A program made the translations under genes and the position numbers. The notes below the pieces were generated by a model, which was not told where the DNA came from, ran no database searches, and was given only the letters and a program-made list of their open reading frames with translations. DNA of 64,000 bases from Dicyema japonicum (taxonomy: Eukaryota > Animalia > Dicyemida): assembly GCA_011109175.1 (NCBI GenBank), contig RDEW01000035.1, forward strand, positions 136,141 through 200,140, read 5' to 3'. Below, piece by piece: positions 12,002 through 23,999 of this stretch. Numbering within the stretch: the first letter of the stretch is position 1; every line of letters begins with the position of its first letter.

Positions 12002-13873
12002 TTTTTTTTGGTTGAGGTGGTGACGTCCCTCTATAGCACATATGTCTATCTCACGTCTAATATCTAACTGCCCTTTTTCTGTGGGTACCCTGAATGTAAG
12101 AGGAGTCAATCCAACATACAAGAAGCTTCAGCTGTCACGTGATTTGGATCACTATAAGGTATCAGTATGCTGCCTACAGTCAATTAATTAATAAGAAAAA
12201 GAGTGCAAGCCCCATAATAATCAATGACATTCTTGGCAGAATAATTATCGATGAAAAGGACAAAGCAGCTACTATATCTGCTTATTACTATCATATGCTC
12301 AACTGGGACAACGAAATAGGCTATAAATTTGGTGCACAAGTCAAGCATGGTTTGGACATCCCAATAAACACACAAGAAACACTGGATGCAATTAAAAAAT
12401 TGAAAAATAACAGATCGGCAGGACCAGAGAATATCCCAGCCGAACTTATAAAGTATGCCCAAGTGAAGTTGGTAACAATCATTACCAATATACTCAACAA
12501 AATATTTGAAGAAAACACTACGTTAGACATTGGCAAGGGTTGGTTAATTCCACTGCAAAAACCGGGAAAACCCAAAGGGCCCCTTTCCAACCTAAGACCA
12601 ATCATCCTACTAACTACGCTACGAAAAATCTTGTCAATCATTACATTAGAAAGAATCAAAGACAAGGTGGAGTATTTTCTGTCACCAGGACAAAGTGGTT
12701 TCCGGTCAGGCAGATCCACTGCCGATGTTATTTGGACACTATGCCAAAAATATAAAAAGTGCATAGATGTCTCGGAATAGACATGTCCAGAGCGTTTGAC
12801 TCAGTTCATAGAGGCAAACTTCTTGAAGTACTCACAAGCTTCCTAACAACGGATGATGTCAAAATTATACAAAAACTACTGCAGAATACGCAACTAGCAA
12901 CCAAACTCGGAAAAACTACTTCAGAATTCTTTTATACTTCACGTGGAATTCCGCAAGGAGACTCTTTGTCACCAGTTCTATTCATAATCTACCTGGAGGC
13001 TGCACTGAGAGATTTCAGGCCTTTAATTGAGAACAACAAAATAAGCGAGTTAATATATGCAGACGATCTTGACTTTGTTTCTGAAGATGTTGAAATTCTT
13101 CATCACGTTCTCAAGAACTTACCAAGTGCCTTTTCTAAATGGTTCTTAGTTGTCAACCAAGACAAAACTGAATATACAAAACTTGTACGAGTTGTACGCA
13201 TTTACGATGAATCATGGAGAAGGCATAAAAAAAGTTGGTTCACTACTTGGAGACTCAGAAGATGTTACCACAGAAAAATCCTTTCCACTGCTGCATATAA
13301 AAATTCTTAACTATCTGGCGTTCTAGGAAGAGCATAACTACGAATACAAAGCTAAAATTGTATAAAACATTCGTGGTTCCAGTCCTGACATACAACTGTG
13401 GGACATGGGGGATTACGAAACGGGAAATGGACAATCTGGATCAATTTCATAGAAATCAACTAAGAAACATCTTAAGAATACATTTCCCGAAAAAGATATC
13501 AAATTCAGAACTGTACAAAAGATGTGGTTTAAGGCCATTATCAGAGGAGATTCTCAAGGCTAGGTGGAGACTTTTAGGTCACATCTTACAAATGGATATG
13601 TTGACTCCACCAAACATTGCAATGGAGAACTATTTCGCACAACTGAAGGGATCATTTCGTGGCAGGCCTAGAGTGACGTTGCCTTCTGTACTAAATGATG
13701 ACCTAATCCGAATAAACAAAACTCTACGAAATGGTGAAGATCTTGACTCACTACGAGCAATGGCCCGGAACAGGGGAACATGGAAGAGGATGTGTGGGAG
13801 GATACTGGACGTGGCACAAGGGGAGCTTAATTAATCTAATTAATTTTTGATTTCCCGGGAGTGCTTTAAAAAA
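12002..13873 (+). mobile_element. RTE-clade LINE with both ends intact but most of the APE deleted
   Basis: TSD AATGTTGAGTT (11991-12001, 13874-13884); ATG at 12042 gives GTLNVRG..CCLQ, then jumps to RT (LQKPGK..NLRPI, QSGFR, DMSRAFD, GIPQGDSLSP, YADD); C-terminal RWRLLGHIL..RGRP; A tail. Confidence 0.92.
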
Positions 13874-13884
13874 AATGTTGAGTT

Positions 13885-14000
13885 GAATGATTCTGATCCG
13901 TTTGTTGAGTTCAATATCTTCCAACGTGAAAAATATCTTTTCAGATAGAAAGATTTTTGCCCACTCGATAGTCGCCATCGAAATTTCCTTTAGGAGGTCC
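13885..14000 (-). mobile_element. N-terminus of an APE LINE interrupted by the RTE; continues at 11990-11905
   Basis: Removing the RTE and one TSD restores EDIELNKRIRIIQLN-INGIKPKHAEL. Confidence 0.7.
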
Positions 14001-14024
14001 GATAGGGAGGGTGAGCGGTTCTTT

Positions 14025-14445
14025 TTATTATGCGCTGTCTAGGTATAAGCACGTACACATTAGACCCGAACAACCACATCTGTTATTATTATTGTCATAA
14101 GTCGTGACAAAGCATGTCCAAAATGGAAAATTAAATACTAGTTAGCTTCTTCCATTTTTTGGCGGCCTTGTCTGTAACCTGTCAAGGTCCATACGTCCCT
14201 GATTTCTTTAAGGTCTTCATCAAGGACGGTTGGTAGGGTTGTCCTTGTCGACCACGGAACGTCCAGAACAAAGTAGTCATCCATAGTTACGTTCGCATGG
14301 GTCCCCTGGTCCAGCAGAAATATATGTCCAATCAGGTTACATCTTGCTTCCAGTATTTCCCTGATATTGAAAAATCAAGAGGGAGAAGTCTATTCCTTGA
14401 ATTCTGTGTTTTCCAGACATAGTGTTGCAGAGACACGTAACCAAA
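14025..14445 (-). mobile_element. RTE 3' fragment
   Basis: LEARCNLIGHIF..FRGR..TTLPTVLDEDLK, then a tail ending in GCGC(ATA)n. Confidence 0.65.
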
Positions 14446-14625
14446 TCAACCAAAAAACGATTAATTAATTTATTTATTTAAAATCAGATTCTACCCAATA
14501 CTCAATACTAAAATTGCATATTTCTATATTTTACTTAACAAATATTTTTAAAAATTTTAATCAATTTGTATTTCAATATTTTTTTGTGGTTATTATCTTG
14601 TTAATAATTTTAATACAACGTTAAA

Positions 14626-15113
14626 ATGAAAAAGTCACACAAAGAAAACTCTGATTATGAAGATAATTTATCATTAGAAAAAATAATAGATCTTGAAAAT
14701 AAATGTCTCCAAATAAAAGAGATTACGAATAACATTAACAATCTGATTAAAAGAAATGAGGAAATGGTTAATACAATCGAGACCAATACAGAAGAATCTC
14801 ATCAATTAATAAAAAGGAAGAAAAAATATTGTTAAAGTGAAAAAAATAATATTATTAACGTTTCAGGCTTCACTATTAAAAGCTTCTGGAGCAACTGTGT
14901 CTGGAGCCGTTATTGGTGCTACTTTAGGGGGACCTCTTGGTTGCTTTGTTGGACTTAAAATGGGTTCTTTTTATCGGAACCATGTCTGGGTTTGCGATTT
15001 TTGCAACTGGTTTTATTTCTAATTATAATGTTCTAGGTTTAACAGGTGGAATCTATACATCTAAAAAAATTCGTAAAAATATTGCAAATCAAAATTCAGA
15101 TATTGATTTCTAA
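14626..15113 (+). CDS. STX17: Syntaxin-17-like SNARE (SNARE motif + Gly-rich hairpin TMs); introns 14837-14866 and 15010-15036; two homopolymer frameshifts
   Basis: Coiled coil ..MVNTIETNTEESH.. followed by GAVIGATLGGPLGCFVGLKMG..GLTGG, matching the STX17 glycine-zipper pattern GALIGG.VGGPIG..AGFK. Confidence 0.7.
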
Positions 15114-15499
15114 TTTAAAAAATGATTCATAACTATGACGATATAAAAACGTAAAAGACAAGAGCATTTCATTTGTATTTTAATCAAGCTCCAATGATTA
15201 GAGAGCATTTCCTGTAACGATTTGTCTCCTTTTTTGCTATCAATGATCAGATGGTACGAAGGAAAGCGATTTAAGTACTATGATCCCCGAGGTTTTGGCG
15301 GCTACGGGGTTGAAGACGAATTGTTCCATAAGGTCGCATATTTTGTTATTTGAGTTTCGGCTGTCGTTGAGACTGAGTGAATCAGTGTGAGGTTGGATCC
15401 TAAAAGCCACCACACACAGGCAGCTTCCCATTTTTAAATGAGAAACGAATTTCAAAACGTTCTTGGTCTTCCGCGAAATCCATCTCCTGTGTGTGCGAA

Positions 15500-15874
15500 G
15501 TAGTTGACCATTGCGAAATTTGAGGGGACCTGGTCATTTGGACGTCTTAACTGAAAATATCATCTGACCTCACGTCATATTTGCATTTATTATAAAGGTT
15601 TGCATCAGAGATCTTCATAGACCAGTTAATCTTGATTTTTGAGTTGAGCTCTGTGGAAGTTGTAGGTTAGTACCGGGATGACAAAAGATTTGTATTTTCT
15701 AAACCTGGTGATAAGTTCTATCCTCTTCTTGTGGCTAGGTCGCACATCAGTTGGTGTTTCTTGTGAGGTTGTTTAACTCCTCTGCAATTGAAAGTTCCCA
15801 GAGTGAATAGAGAAGTCGGTAAAGAATACGAATAAAACATAGTCAATAGAGATGTCGTCACCACCTCAACCAAT
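15500..15874 (-). mobile_element. RTE deletion derivative (5' end fused to the post-RT region)
   Basis: TTGGTTGAGGTGGTGACG 5' motif, LGTFNCRGVK, then YKSFVIPVLTYN within ~100 bp. Confidence 0.65.
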
Positions 15875-16306
15875 TCAGCACAATACTTCTAATTAATTTC
15901 AACTTCTTAAAAATAAATTTTAAGGTGTGCTGCTGGAAATCTTTTTTACGCCAAGTGTGCCGCATGAAAAAGTCTGATAAGGCTATATTATTAGCAGCTC
16001 TATCAAGCGAGTAAATAACCATTCGTTTTATTTGATATATTATCTTAAAAATAGTAGCTTAAAATGGAATAACGACATATGAAATTCATTAGGTCTAATT
16101 TTATTTTTGTATATTAATGTAAAGAATTTTTTGTGAAATCGAATCATGTTAGGGACCAAATGAACAAGAATCAAGTTAAAGGGAAATATCTGCCTGTGGG
16201 CCACGATAATTGATTATTTTTAGCTGCCATAATGAGAATTAATAAGTGATTATTTAAGTAAATTAAAACATTAACCCAATTTAACCGAAAGAGAATCACA
16301 ATTAGC

Positions 16307-17400
16307 TTAACTAAAGGAATGGCTCGGTGTAGATTGATTTATTACGGAATTCATTTTGATATAAATATTAGCAATGACGGCAGTAAGTGTTATAAATAGT
16401 ATCAATGACAACAGTAGTCCGACAACTCCACATACGATTCCAATTATTTGACGTTTCGTCAGTTTTTTTAAAAATGTGCTTTCAGACGAAATTAGTTCTT
16501 CAAAACTAATTTTGTCTAAAATTTAGTCGGTTTTATTACGATGTTTAAATATGGTTTTTTTGTCTTTGATTTCAGTCGATATTGGTTCTTCAAAGCATCC
16601 TTCATCTAAAATTCAGCCGAATTTATTTACCATCTCCAATAAATTCAAAACTCAGATCATTGCGGAAAATTTGTAATTTAAGAGATGAAATTTCGATAGT
16701 CACATTTTTATAGTTTTGTGAGATGAATCCACATTGATAGTATCCTCCCATTTTAATTTGTTTAAATTGCTTTTCAAGTAGAACGCATTTATCTCCTTTA
16801 TGCCCAACACAAACATAAAAATTATAAATAATATATTTTCCTTCATCTAGTTTATCCGCCGTAATAAATATTGTAGATTTTACAGCATTAAATATATATT
16901 TATGGTTTCTATAAACACGTGTTAACATATTATAGTTATGATCACTGAAATGTTTATCTGTTATCTAAGAATCAATGGAAACGAGTACAATTCTGTTATT
17001 GTGAATATATGATATTTTGATAATTCCACTGATTACTGCTCGGATTTTATTTTTGTAAAATAAAAACCAAATCGGCGTATTTGGGTCATTATTTGGGTTA
17101 CAGTCATTAGCTAAATAAATTTTAATAAAAACCTTTTCCAGTAAAATAATAAAAACTACCATCACCGTGATATTGCAACTTGTTTGAATAAATTGTGATA
17201 GATAAATTATTCGAAAAACTAATATGAGTATAACCACATCGGTAGTAATCCCCATAATTAGTTTTAGGAATCGTTGTGATATTAGTATAACGCTTACCAC
17301 CTTAAGTACAACAAAAAACGTACCATAAACTATTTCTGTTATTATGTCAATAGTATAAAATTCATTGTAAATGTGTGGAATAAGTTTAAAATTTACATTA
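16307..17400 (-). CDS. LAMP-like type I membrane glycoprotein (two luminal domains + TM), 5' end cut by the R4 element; introns 17301-17323, 17111-17132, 16965-16988, 16606-16630, 16516-16539
   Basis: Splicing five 22-25-nt GT-AG introns gives one open frame: GDYYRC..KLQY..FTGKANDC, then GGYYQC..LKLQIF..F.GDDEGC, TM IIGIVCGVVGLLLSLILFITLTAVI, stop at 16307-16309. The LAMP identity rests on motif resemblance. Confidence 0.7.
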
Positions 17401-17407
17401 TCAAGAG

Positions 17408-18208
17408 AAATATACCAAAAGTGGACGTATGTAATTCACCCAAGGAGTTAAGACCAATTACTTGTATGCCTAATCTCTATAAACTATTGACAAAGTGTGT
17501 GAACAAGAAATTATCTGAATATATTGAATCGTACGATCTCTTAAGTGATAATCAATTGGGAACTCGGAGGATGTGTCAAGGAGCCAAAGAACAAGCTTTG
17601 GTGAACCAATATTTAAATCAAAGAAATGGAAGTAACTTATGTTCTACCTGGATCGATGTTAAAAAAGCATTTGATTCCGTTGACCACGAGTTTTTGGGCG
17701 AAGTGCTCCAGAATTCTGGCCTGCCTTTCTGGATTGTGAGTTTTATCACGAAACTTGTTGGGAAATGGAAAATACGACTGAATTTGGAAGGAAAAGTGTT
17801 GGGGGAGATTAGAATAATAAGAGGAATTCTACAGGGGGACTCTCTTTCGCCACAGATCTTTGCTTTGTTAATGGACCCCCTTAGCCGAATATTGAATGGA
17901 AAATTTCCTAAAGTAACTATGGGAAGCCCGGGAAATGGAGAGCCAACATATGCCACTAATCACCTTCTGTTTATGGACGATATAAAGTTGTTTTCTCACA
18001 AAAGTGATTCAATGGTTATGATGATGGAAGAAGTTGATTCGTTTTTTGATGCAGCCGGGTTGGAAAGGAACTTTGACAAATCTGCAACAAATGTCAAGTC
18101 CTTGTCTGGGAAAGCTCGTTTCCTTGATGGATTGGATGGATACCGATATTTGGGAGTTCTTGAAGATAAGAACAGCAATGTTCTTAAAGGAGAAATTATG
18201 AATAAAAT
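17408..18208 (+). mobile_element. R4/Dong-clade non-LTR retrotransposon, RT half
   Basis: LRPITCMP, NQLG.RR.CQGAKEQ, DVKKAFDSV, GILQGDSLSP, NHLLFMDD, YRYLG; uninterrupted frame. Confidence 0.88.
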
Positions 18209-18244
18209 GCAATGTTCTTATAACCACAAAAAAATATTGAAATC

Positions 18245-18422
18245 TTTTTTTCTTTTTCTTGTGTGAGTGTCCTTTCTAGACAATCCAGTTCCGCAGTGAG
18301 TATTCACTGATGACGGTGTCACTCGTCAAACCATTTCTGCATCGTAGATGCGTGGAACCTTCCACCAGGTGAACAGCAGCGAGATTCGAACCCGTAGCCT
18401 AAGCCACTTAAGCCCGACACCT
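18245..18422 (-). mobile_element. tRNA-derived SINE, partial (head + core, truncated at the internal A-tract)
   Basis: Reverse complement of ~26468-26648 at high identity. Confidence 0.85.
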
Positions 18423-18439
18423 TTATTTAAATAAATTAA

Positions 18440-19870
18440 TTAAAACTTTCTTAAAACCATATTGGAAGTATACGTCCAGGAGGTAAGGTTTAATCTGATC
18501 GAGAATTTTTTTTCCATAATTTTTGAAGAGACACTCAGAGGAAATGTAGGTCTGTAAGAGTACGTTGAGTCCTTCGGCCGTCCTGGCTTTAAAATTTGTC
18601 GTATAATTTCCATAGGGTAGGGATGGATTACCTGTTGATGGAAAGATTGAAAATACGGGTGAGGGTCATGATAGCATATAGGTCTATCTTCATCAATACT
18701 ACTGTAGGGATATTATCTGAACCGTTGGAGTATGACAATTTTTGTTTTGAATCGCCTTCTGCACGTCATCCATAGAAAAATTATTATTGGAACCTATCTA
18801 CAAGCATGGGGAGTCTTAAGGCCACCCAGATGCAAAAAAACCCCAATCTTTATTGGTGAGATGGTGAGTTGACTCGTTTCTCGATTGATGACAGTCGAAA
18901 TAATGTCTAAAAAGCAGTTGAAATGTATCCCGTCTGAAGCTCCTCAAGTTAAACGTTATAGGTATACCCTTGTCGAGAAAGATTCTCTGTTATGACCTGG
19001 AGAGATATAAAATTTTCATTGGTTGTCAGCAGAAGATTTTCTGCAGTCTCGAAGAGAACTATGGAAAAAATTGATTGATATGTCTACCATTTACTCAATA
19101 CACTATCGACTAAGATTTGCTACACTTTCAAGGGTGGCCCTTGATTTCATTATTTTCCATGTAAGTGACAATATTGTTTAATTCAAATATGACGCCAAAA
19201 GTCTCATGACAATTAAGAATGAGTATATGCCACATTGTGAGTGAGTGGCGAACGATCCGCACAAATTGGACAAGCGGTTCAGAGTTTCTCCGAGTAACAG
19301 TCTTTTTTCACGTATAGCTCTTCCCATGCATTTATGGTGATTGGGGATCCAAAGAATATAAGTTCTTCATCGGGTGTATAAATACTTCCAGGGAGTAAAT
19401 CTCCGAAACATGACAAAGCTTTTGAATACTTCTTTTCTAAAAGTCCACAATTGTAGATTTCGCATTTAGTGTAATTTAATTCCAGTCCAGCTTCCAGCAG
19501 TGCTGGAATTGTCATTTCCAAATCGGAAAGTCGTGTCTGGGGATTTTGGGCAAGATCCTTGTGGTGGAATATATAGGTTAATCAAGTTGATCCAAAAAGT
19601 CGGGTACAGCTCCATTTTGATAATGATGGTATCGTCTGAGTTCAAAAGATCTGAGGTCCATCGACTCACGTCAATGAAACGTATACCGTTCATTATAATT
19701 GTGAGTAGTCGTCCACCTGGTTTTCCATGATGGTCCTTAGGGATTACTGTGTATCCTGGGAATGAGAGTGTTGGCCTAGAGGATGAGAGATTGGATTCCT
19801 GGATGAGAGCAAGGTCAACTCGAGTTTTGGAGAGCTCGAAGTTCCAGGATTTTCCTTTTAATTCTATTTG
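18440..19870 (-). mobile_element. Mosaic of LINE RT, CRE and APE fragments
   Basis: LKPGRP..SYRP (~18560); CRE-like AGLELNYTKCEI..FGSPI (19279-19500); APE DLALIQES..LINLYIPP (19510-19870). Confidence 0.6.
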
Positions 19871-19919
19871 TATTTATTAGTTATAGAATTATTAAGTCTC
19901 CGCGTGGACCAGGGTTTTT

Positions 19920-20760
19920 TCAAATGTCACTACAACACAAGACGGAGTCGGATGCATATAGCTTGCGGGAACCCCAAAGAGGTGGGGAGAAGTTATGGAC
20001 GACTTTTCGCGTTATCATAGACTTAAAAGAATACAATTCGTCGTCACTGATGTTCATTGCTGGTGACCTAAATACAAAAATAGGAGTAAAAAGTAACTCA
20101 GATGACATTTTATGTAAAAACGTGGCTATCAATAATACACTGAGACTCCTACCTGATGTATCAGCGGATGTCTCACTAAGAGATTCCTGGGACTCTATAA
20201 TGAACATTATGAATGAAGCAGATGGCAAATATCTTGGCACAAGAAAAAAGAGTAGCATGTTTGATGCCGTTTCACCCTGAAATTGCAGAACTAGGGAGGA
20301 ACTTGAATACATATGCAAGAGAAAATGGAATGCGGCATAAGACAATTACTAACGACCACTCACACTGCTTCGTTAGTTCTGATAAATATCGTGCTGGAAT
20401 GAATAAGAGGACCCACTCAGATACTAATAGGAAAACCAAAGTGGATTTCGATGTGGTATGAAGCCACAGATGGAGGTGTGGAAATTATCAAAGATCACTT
20501 ACTCCATTAATATTCTTAGGATAGACTTATCAATACTCCATGACAGTTAATAAACTAATGTGGTACTGGAACAATTTCTCGATGAGCCAACCCTAAGAAT
20601 GATCTACTATCCAATACCGAGCTCTTTGTGAGAATCGGAAAGACCTACTCAAGAAATTTAACATAAACATGGGTGCCCCTCGAAGAGACTCTCTTTCCAT
20701 TACAATTGACGATATATTTGAAAACAGCAATAGGAAACTCTGACCGCTATACCAAGAGAA
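19920..20760 (+). mobile_element. Heavily deleted RTE remnant
   Basis: AGDLNTKIG (APE); HRWRC..LGIDLS; G.P.RDSLS. Confidence 0.55.
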
Positions 20761-20810
20761 TATACTATCAGCATAGTAAGGATGTTGCTATACGACATAC
20801 TTTTAAACAT

Positions 20811-21396
20811 TTATTTTGATATACAATAATAGGACAAAGGCACCTCAGAGAAAAAATTGCAGATGCTGGACTGTTTCCAATGATTTACCTGAGAAAAATC
20901 TTTCCTATCTATTTTTCCAAAAAAGACCGTATCTTTTAAATTCAATTCTTTTAAAATTGTATACCGAAATATTTTGAGTTTCACTAAACCTTGAGACATC
21001 TTACTAAATATTAAATCGGCTTTTCTGGGTATTGTGTGGATTGCATTATTTGCTAAAAATACTATAAAGAGAACCTCGTCCAGTATAATATCCAGTGAAT
21101 CATTCAGATAGTATTGTATCTTCATTGAATAAATAATAAAAGAAAAATGATTAATAAAATAAAAATACGTATATCCGCATCTGTAGTAATCGGCAAATTT
21201 GGTTTTACGAATCATTCTAACATTAGAGTAATGTTTAAGAGTCTTACGTACAATTATTTCAGTTTTTAATTCAATTTCATAAAATTCCAATATGCAATAG
21301 TATCGCTGTTTGCTAAATATGAAATTTGACAAGAATGCTTACGATGAATAATCTCTCCACCAAATACTAGATTCCATTCAGAATTCTTCTGACCAA
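20811..21396 (-). pseudogene. Partial paralog of the LAMP-like gene, disrupted at its 5' side by a SINE
   Basis: FYEIELKTEI..YSN..I.KT..DYYRCGYT..IYSMKIQY aligns with FYTIDIITEI..YTN..IPKT..DYYRCGYT..IYSNKLQY of the 16307-17400 gene; likely ~30-nt GTAAGC..TTAG intron. Confidence 0.6.
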
Positions 21397-21397
21397 A

Positions 21398-21673
21398 AAT
21401 AATAATAAAGCCTTTTAAAGAGAGTCATAGTATTTATAGCTTCGATAGGCAGGACACACAATTTATTTAAGTAAATAACAGTTAATTTTAACTAATCGTA
21501 GAACTAAGGAATGATCTACAATCCTTTTTTTCTTGTTTGAGTGTCTTTTCTAGACAATCCAGTTCCGCAGTGAGTATCCACTGATGACGCGTCACTCGTC
21601 AAACTCTTTCTGCATCGGAGATGCGTGGAACTTTTCACCAGTTGAACAGCCGCGAGATTCGAACCAGTAACCT
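21398..21673 (-). mobile_element. tRNA-derived SINE (5'-truncated)
   Basis: Reverse complement of ~26490-26777, including B box, core, A-tract and (TTA)n tail. Confidence 0.85.
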
Positions 21674-21799
21674 CAGTAACCAATACCTAACTAATTCTCT
21701 TATATCTTTTGCTGCACATGCGGGGCTATAAATATTATGGTGCTAATAATAATAATAATAATAATATTTACTTTTTTAATTAGTCTTTAAAATTAAAGA

Positions 21800-22690
21800 A
21801 AAGAAAGTAAACGGTTATATAGCGGCTGCCCTGACTGCGTGACTATTCTCTTTCATGATAGCGAGCGAAATTCTCTTGAATAAACAGCAGCGCTCACTAG
21901 GGTCTCCTATTCGTGTAGCGATCCGATTCCCTAGACGACTCAAGAATTCCAGAGTCGCAGGCACAAGGGAACCAGACGTCTCAACGGCGAGTGAACAAAC
22001 AAAAAATCCTTGGGTAGGACCTCGTACTTTTCTCGTTTCATTTTCTCGGCCTTTTCAGCGGCAGAAGAGGCTTCAGAGTAACTCTATAGTATGTTGCAAG
22101 AGGCAAATGTATCGGTGCAGGAAACGCCTTAGACAAGAAGTTTCCCAGCTTCAAAGGGGAATAATGTCCCGTTTTTCGTCCTGCCTGCAAAGAACGACTG
22201 GTTCGAGCATGTATGGCTGTCCGGGGGCGTCCAAAGCTCATCTAACGACTTCGTTCAAAGCCATGTGTCTGGGAAATCTGCTTGCAGTGTTGTAGTGAAG
22301 TCTTCGCATCGGCAAGGATGTGGAACACAAACTTTTAATCCACTCTCAATGAGATCCCGTTAAGGACGCATTTATCATCTAGGAAGGTACCCAGAACTCC
22401 ATTGGGAATGGCGTTGAGCTCTTTTGAATTGAGAGTTCAACCTACTAGCGATGATAGGCTTGAAGGGAGATAAAGGTCCACAGGGTTTTGAATTCCAAAT
22501 CCTCCAGTCTCACTGGCAGCCTAGCTGGCTTCCATGAGTAATCTGTGCGAGTTGGTCATACAGAGTGAAATATGGAGCAGACCTCAGGACATGTGCAAAC
22601 CTCTGTACGTTGAAACTGTTTTTCTGGAGGAATAATGCTTTATGTATGTCAAGTAGACACAAGCGGTTCAGAGTTTCTCCGAGTAACAGT
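21800..22690 (-). mobile_element. CRE-clade 3' remnant ending at an assembly N
   Basis: NAIPNGVLGTFLDD, RHMALNEVV, KRD, FLSRLGNRIATRIGDPSERCCLFKRISLAI. Confidence 0.75.
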
Positions 22691-22691
22691 N

Positions 22692-23722
22692 GCTTGAGGC
22701 AGTTTTGGGACGTGATCCCAATTTCAACGAGAGTAATCGTATTACGCACCTTATCATGAACGAAAATATCGGGTTTGTTATTCTGTACAGCCGTATCTGT
22801 ACTAATCGTTGTGTCTACACGAATCTCCACAAATTCATTTGAGACAACAGATTGGACTGAGTGGGTCTTCAGTTTCTTAGTTTTTCTTATTCCATATTGA
22901 CGGCAGAGGTGTAAGTGAATACATCTGACCACCTCGTTATGCCGCCTGAGATACGAGCTATTCAGCATTCTCCCACATCTAGTTGCAAGGTGATCAACGG
23001 TCTTCTTTCCTGAGTTACAATGTTTGCACTTGGCTTCTCCATTATCAAAAAACATGTTACGATCCTGAAGCAGACACAGCCTTCCTTCGGTTACAGGAGA
23101 ATGATTTCCATGAACTAACCACCCTGAGGATTCAGCAATATTCACTTCGGTATCTTTCAGACACTCAAATAGAATAGAGTGCAGCGATTTCTCTTCAATT
23201 TTTCCCAGTAGATATTCATGTTGTATTTCCATCAATTTCAACATTGTCAAATCCTTCACATTTTCAATGTTGTACTTTCTTGAGATGAATTTTACGATAG
23301 TGGCCATGTGTATTTTCTTTGAATTAATGACCCGTAGAATTCCCGCTCTTCTTAGGCAGTAATTTGCCTTATGTTCCAAATCACTATAAAATTGGAGGAG
23401 CATTCTTTCTGCTTTGTTACTGACTAACTCGAGGCCTCTTCCAAATTTATTTCTTGGTAGATAAAGTCTTTCTTTGTTTGCCGGTTGCAAGTGGATATGA
23501 CTGTCCATAAGAATTCTGCGAATATTTTTATCAATCTGTTCAAACTCTCCAGGTTCGATATCAATCAATCCAATGTAATAGTTGTAAAGGGAGATTGCAT
23601 ACTCATTCATAGCTTTAAACAGGTTCACTGAGTTTAAATCCGTCTTCGTCAAATTTTTGATCCGCTTAGATACTTCTCCATAGATTTTATTCATAATTTC
23701 TCCTTTAAGAACATTTGCTGTT
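22692..23722 (-). mobile_element. R4/Dong-clade retrotransposon, C-terminal half (post-RT, CCHC knuckle, RLE)
   Basis: ERLYLPR..GRGL, CKHC..TVDHLATRC, RHNEVV, KPDIF..VEIGIT; the ORF track fuses it artificially across the N at 22691. Confidence 0.88.
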
Positions 23723-23999
23723 ATTAATATTTAAAATTATAAAAAATATTTTATTTCTGCAAATGGTTTTAAGGTTCAGGTTGAACATAAATAAGTTGCG
23801 CTAGATATCGAATATCTAAAAATGGATTTCTTTATGCGTTGCTTTCCAGATAGTGTAAACAGCGTATTTGGACACTGGCCCCATTGTTATTGATAGAACT
23901 GAAACAACTATAGTATTTTTTTCTATTAATCAGTAGAGTTAGAATAATTTTGCTCATTTGATCGTTCATTCAGTTATCTAAAAAAACGATCTACAATTT

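Noticed and set aside
18285-18340. Hammerhead ribozyme in the SINE antisense strand (CTGATGA..AAAC)
   Set aside because: The GAAA box lacks its G (TCAAAC), and no NUH cleavage triplet or consistent stems I/III could be built
22510-23694. 394-aa R4-CRE fusion ORF
   Set aside because: The fusion occurs exactly at the N (22691), an assembly join
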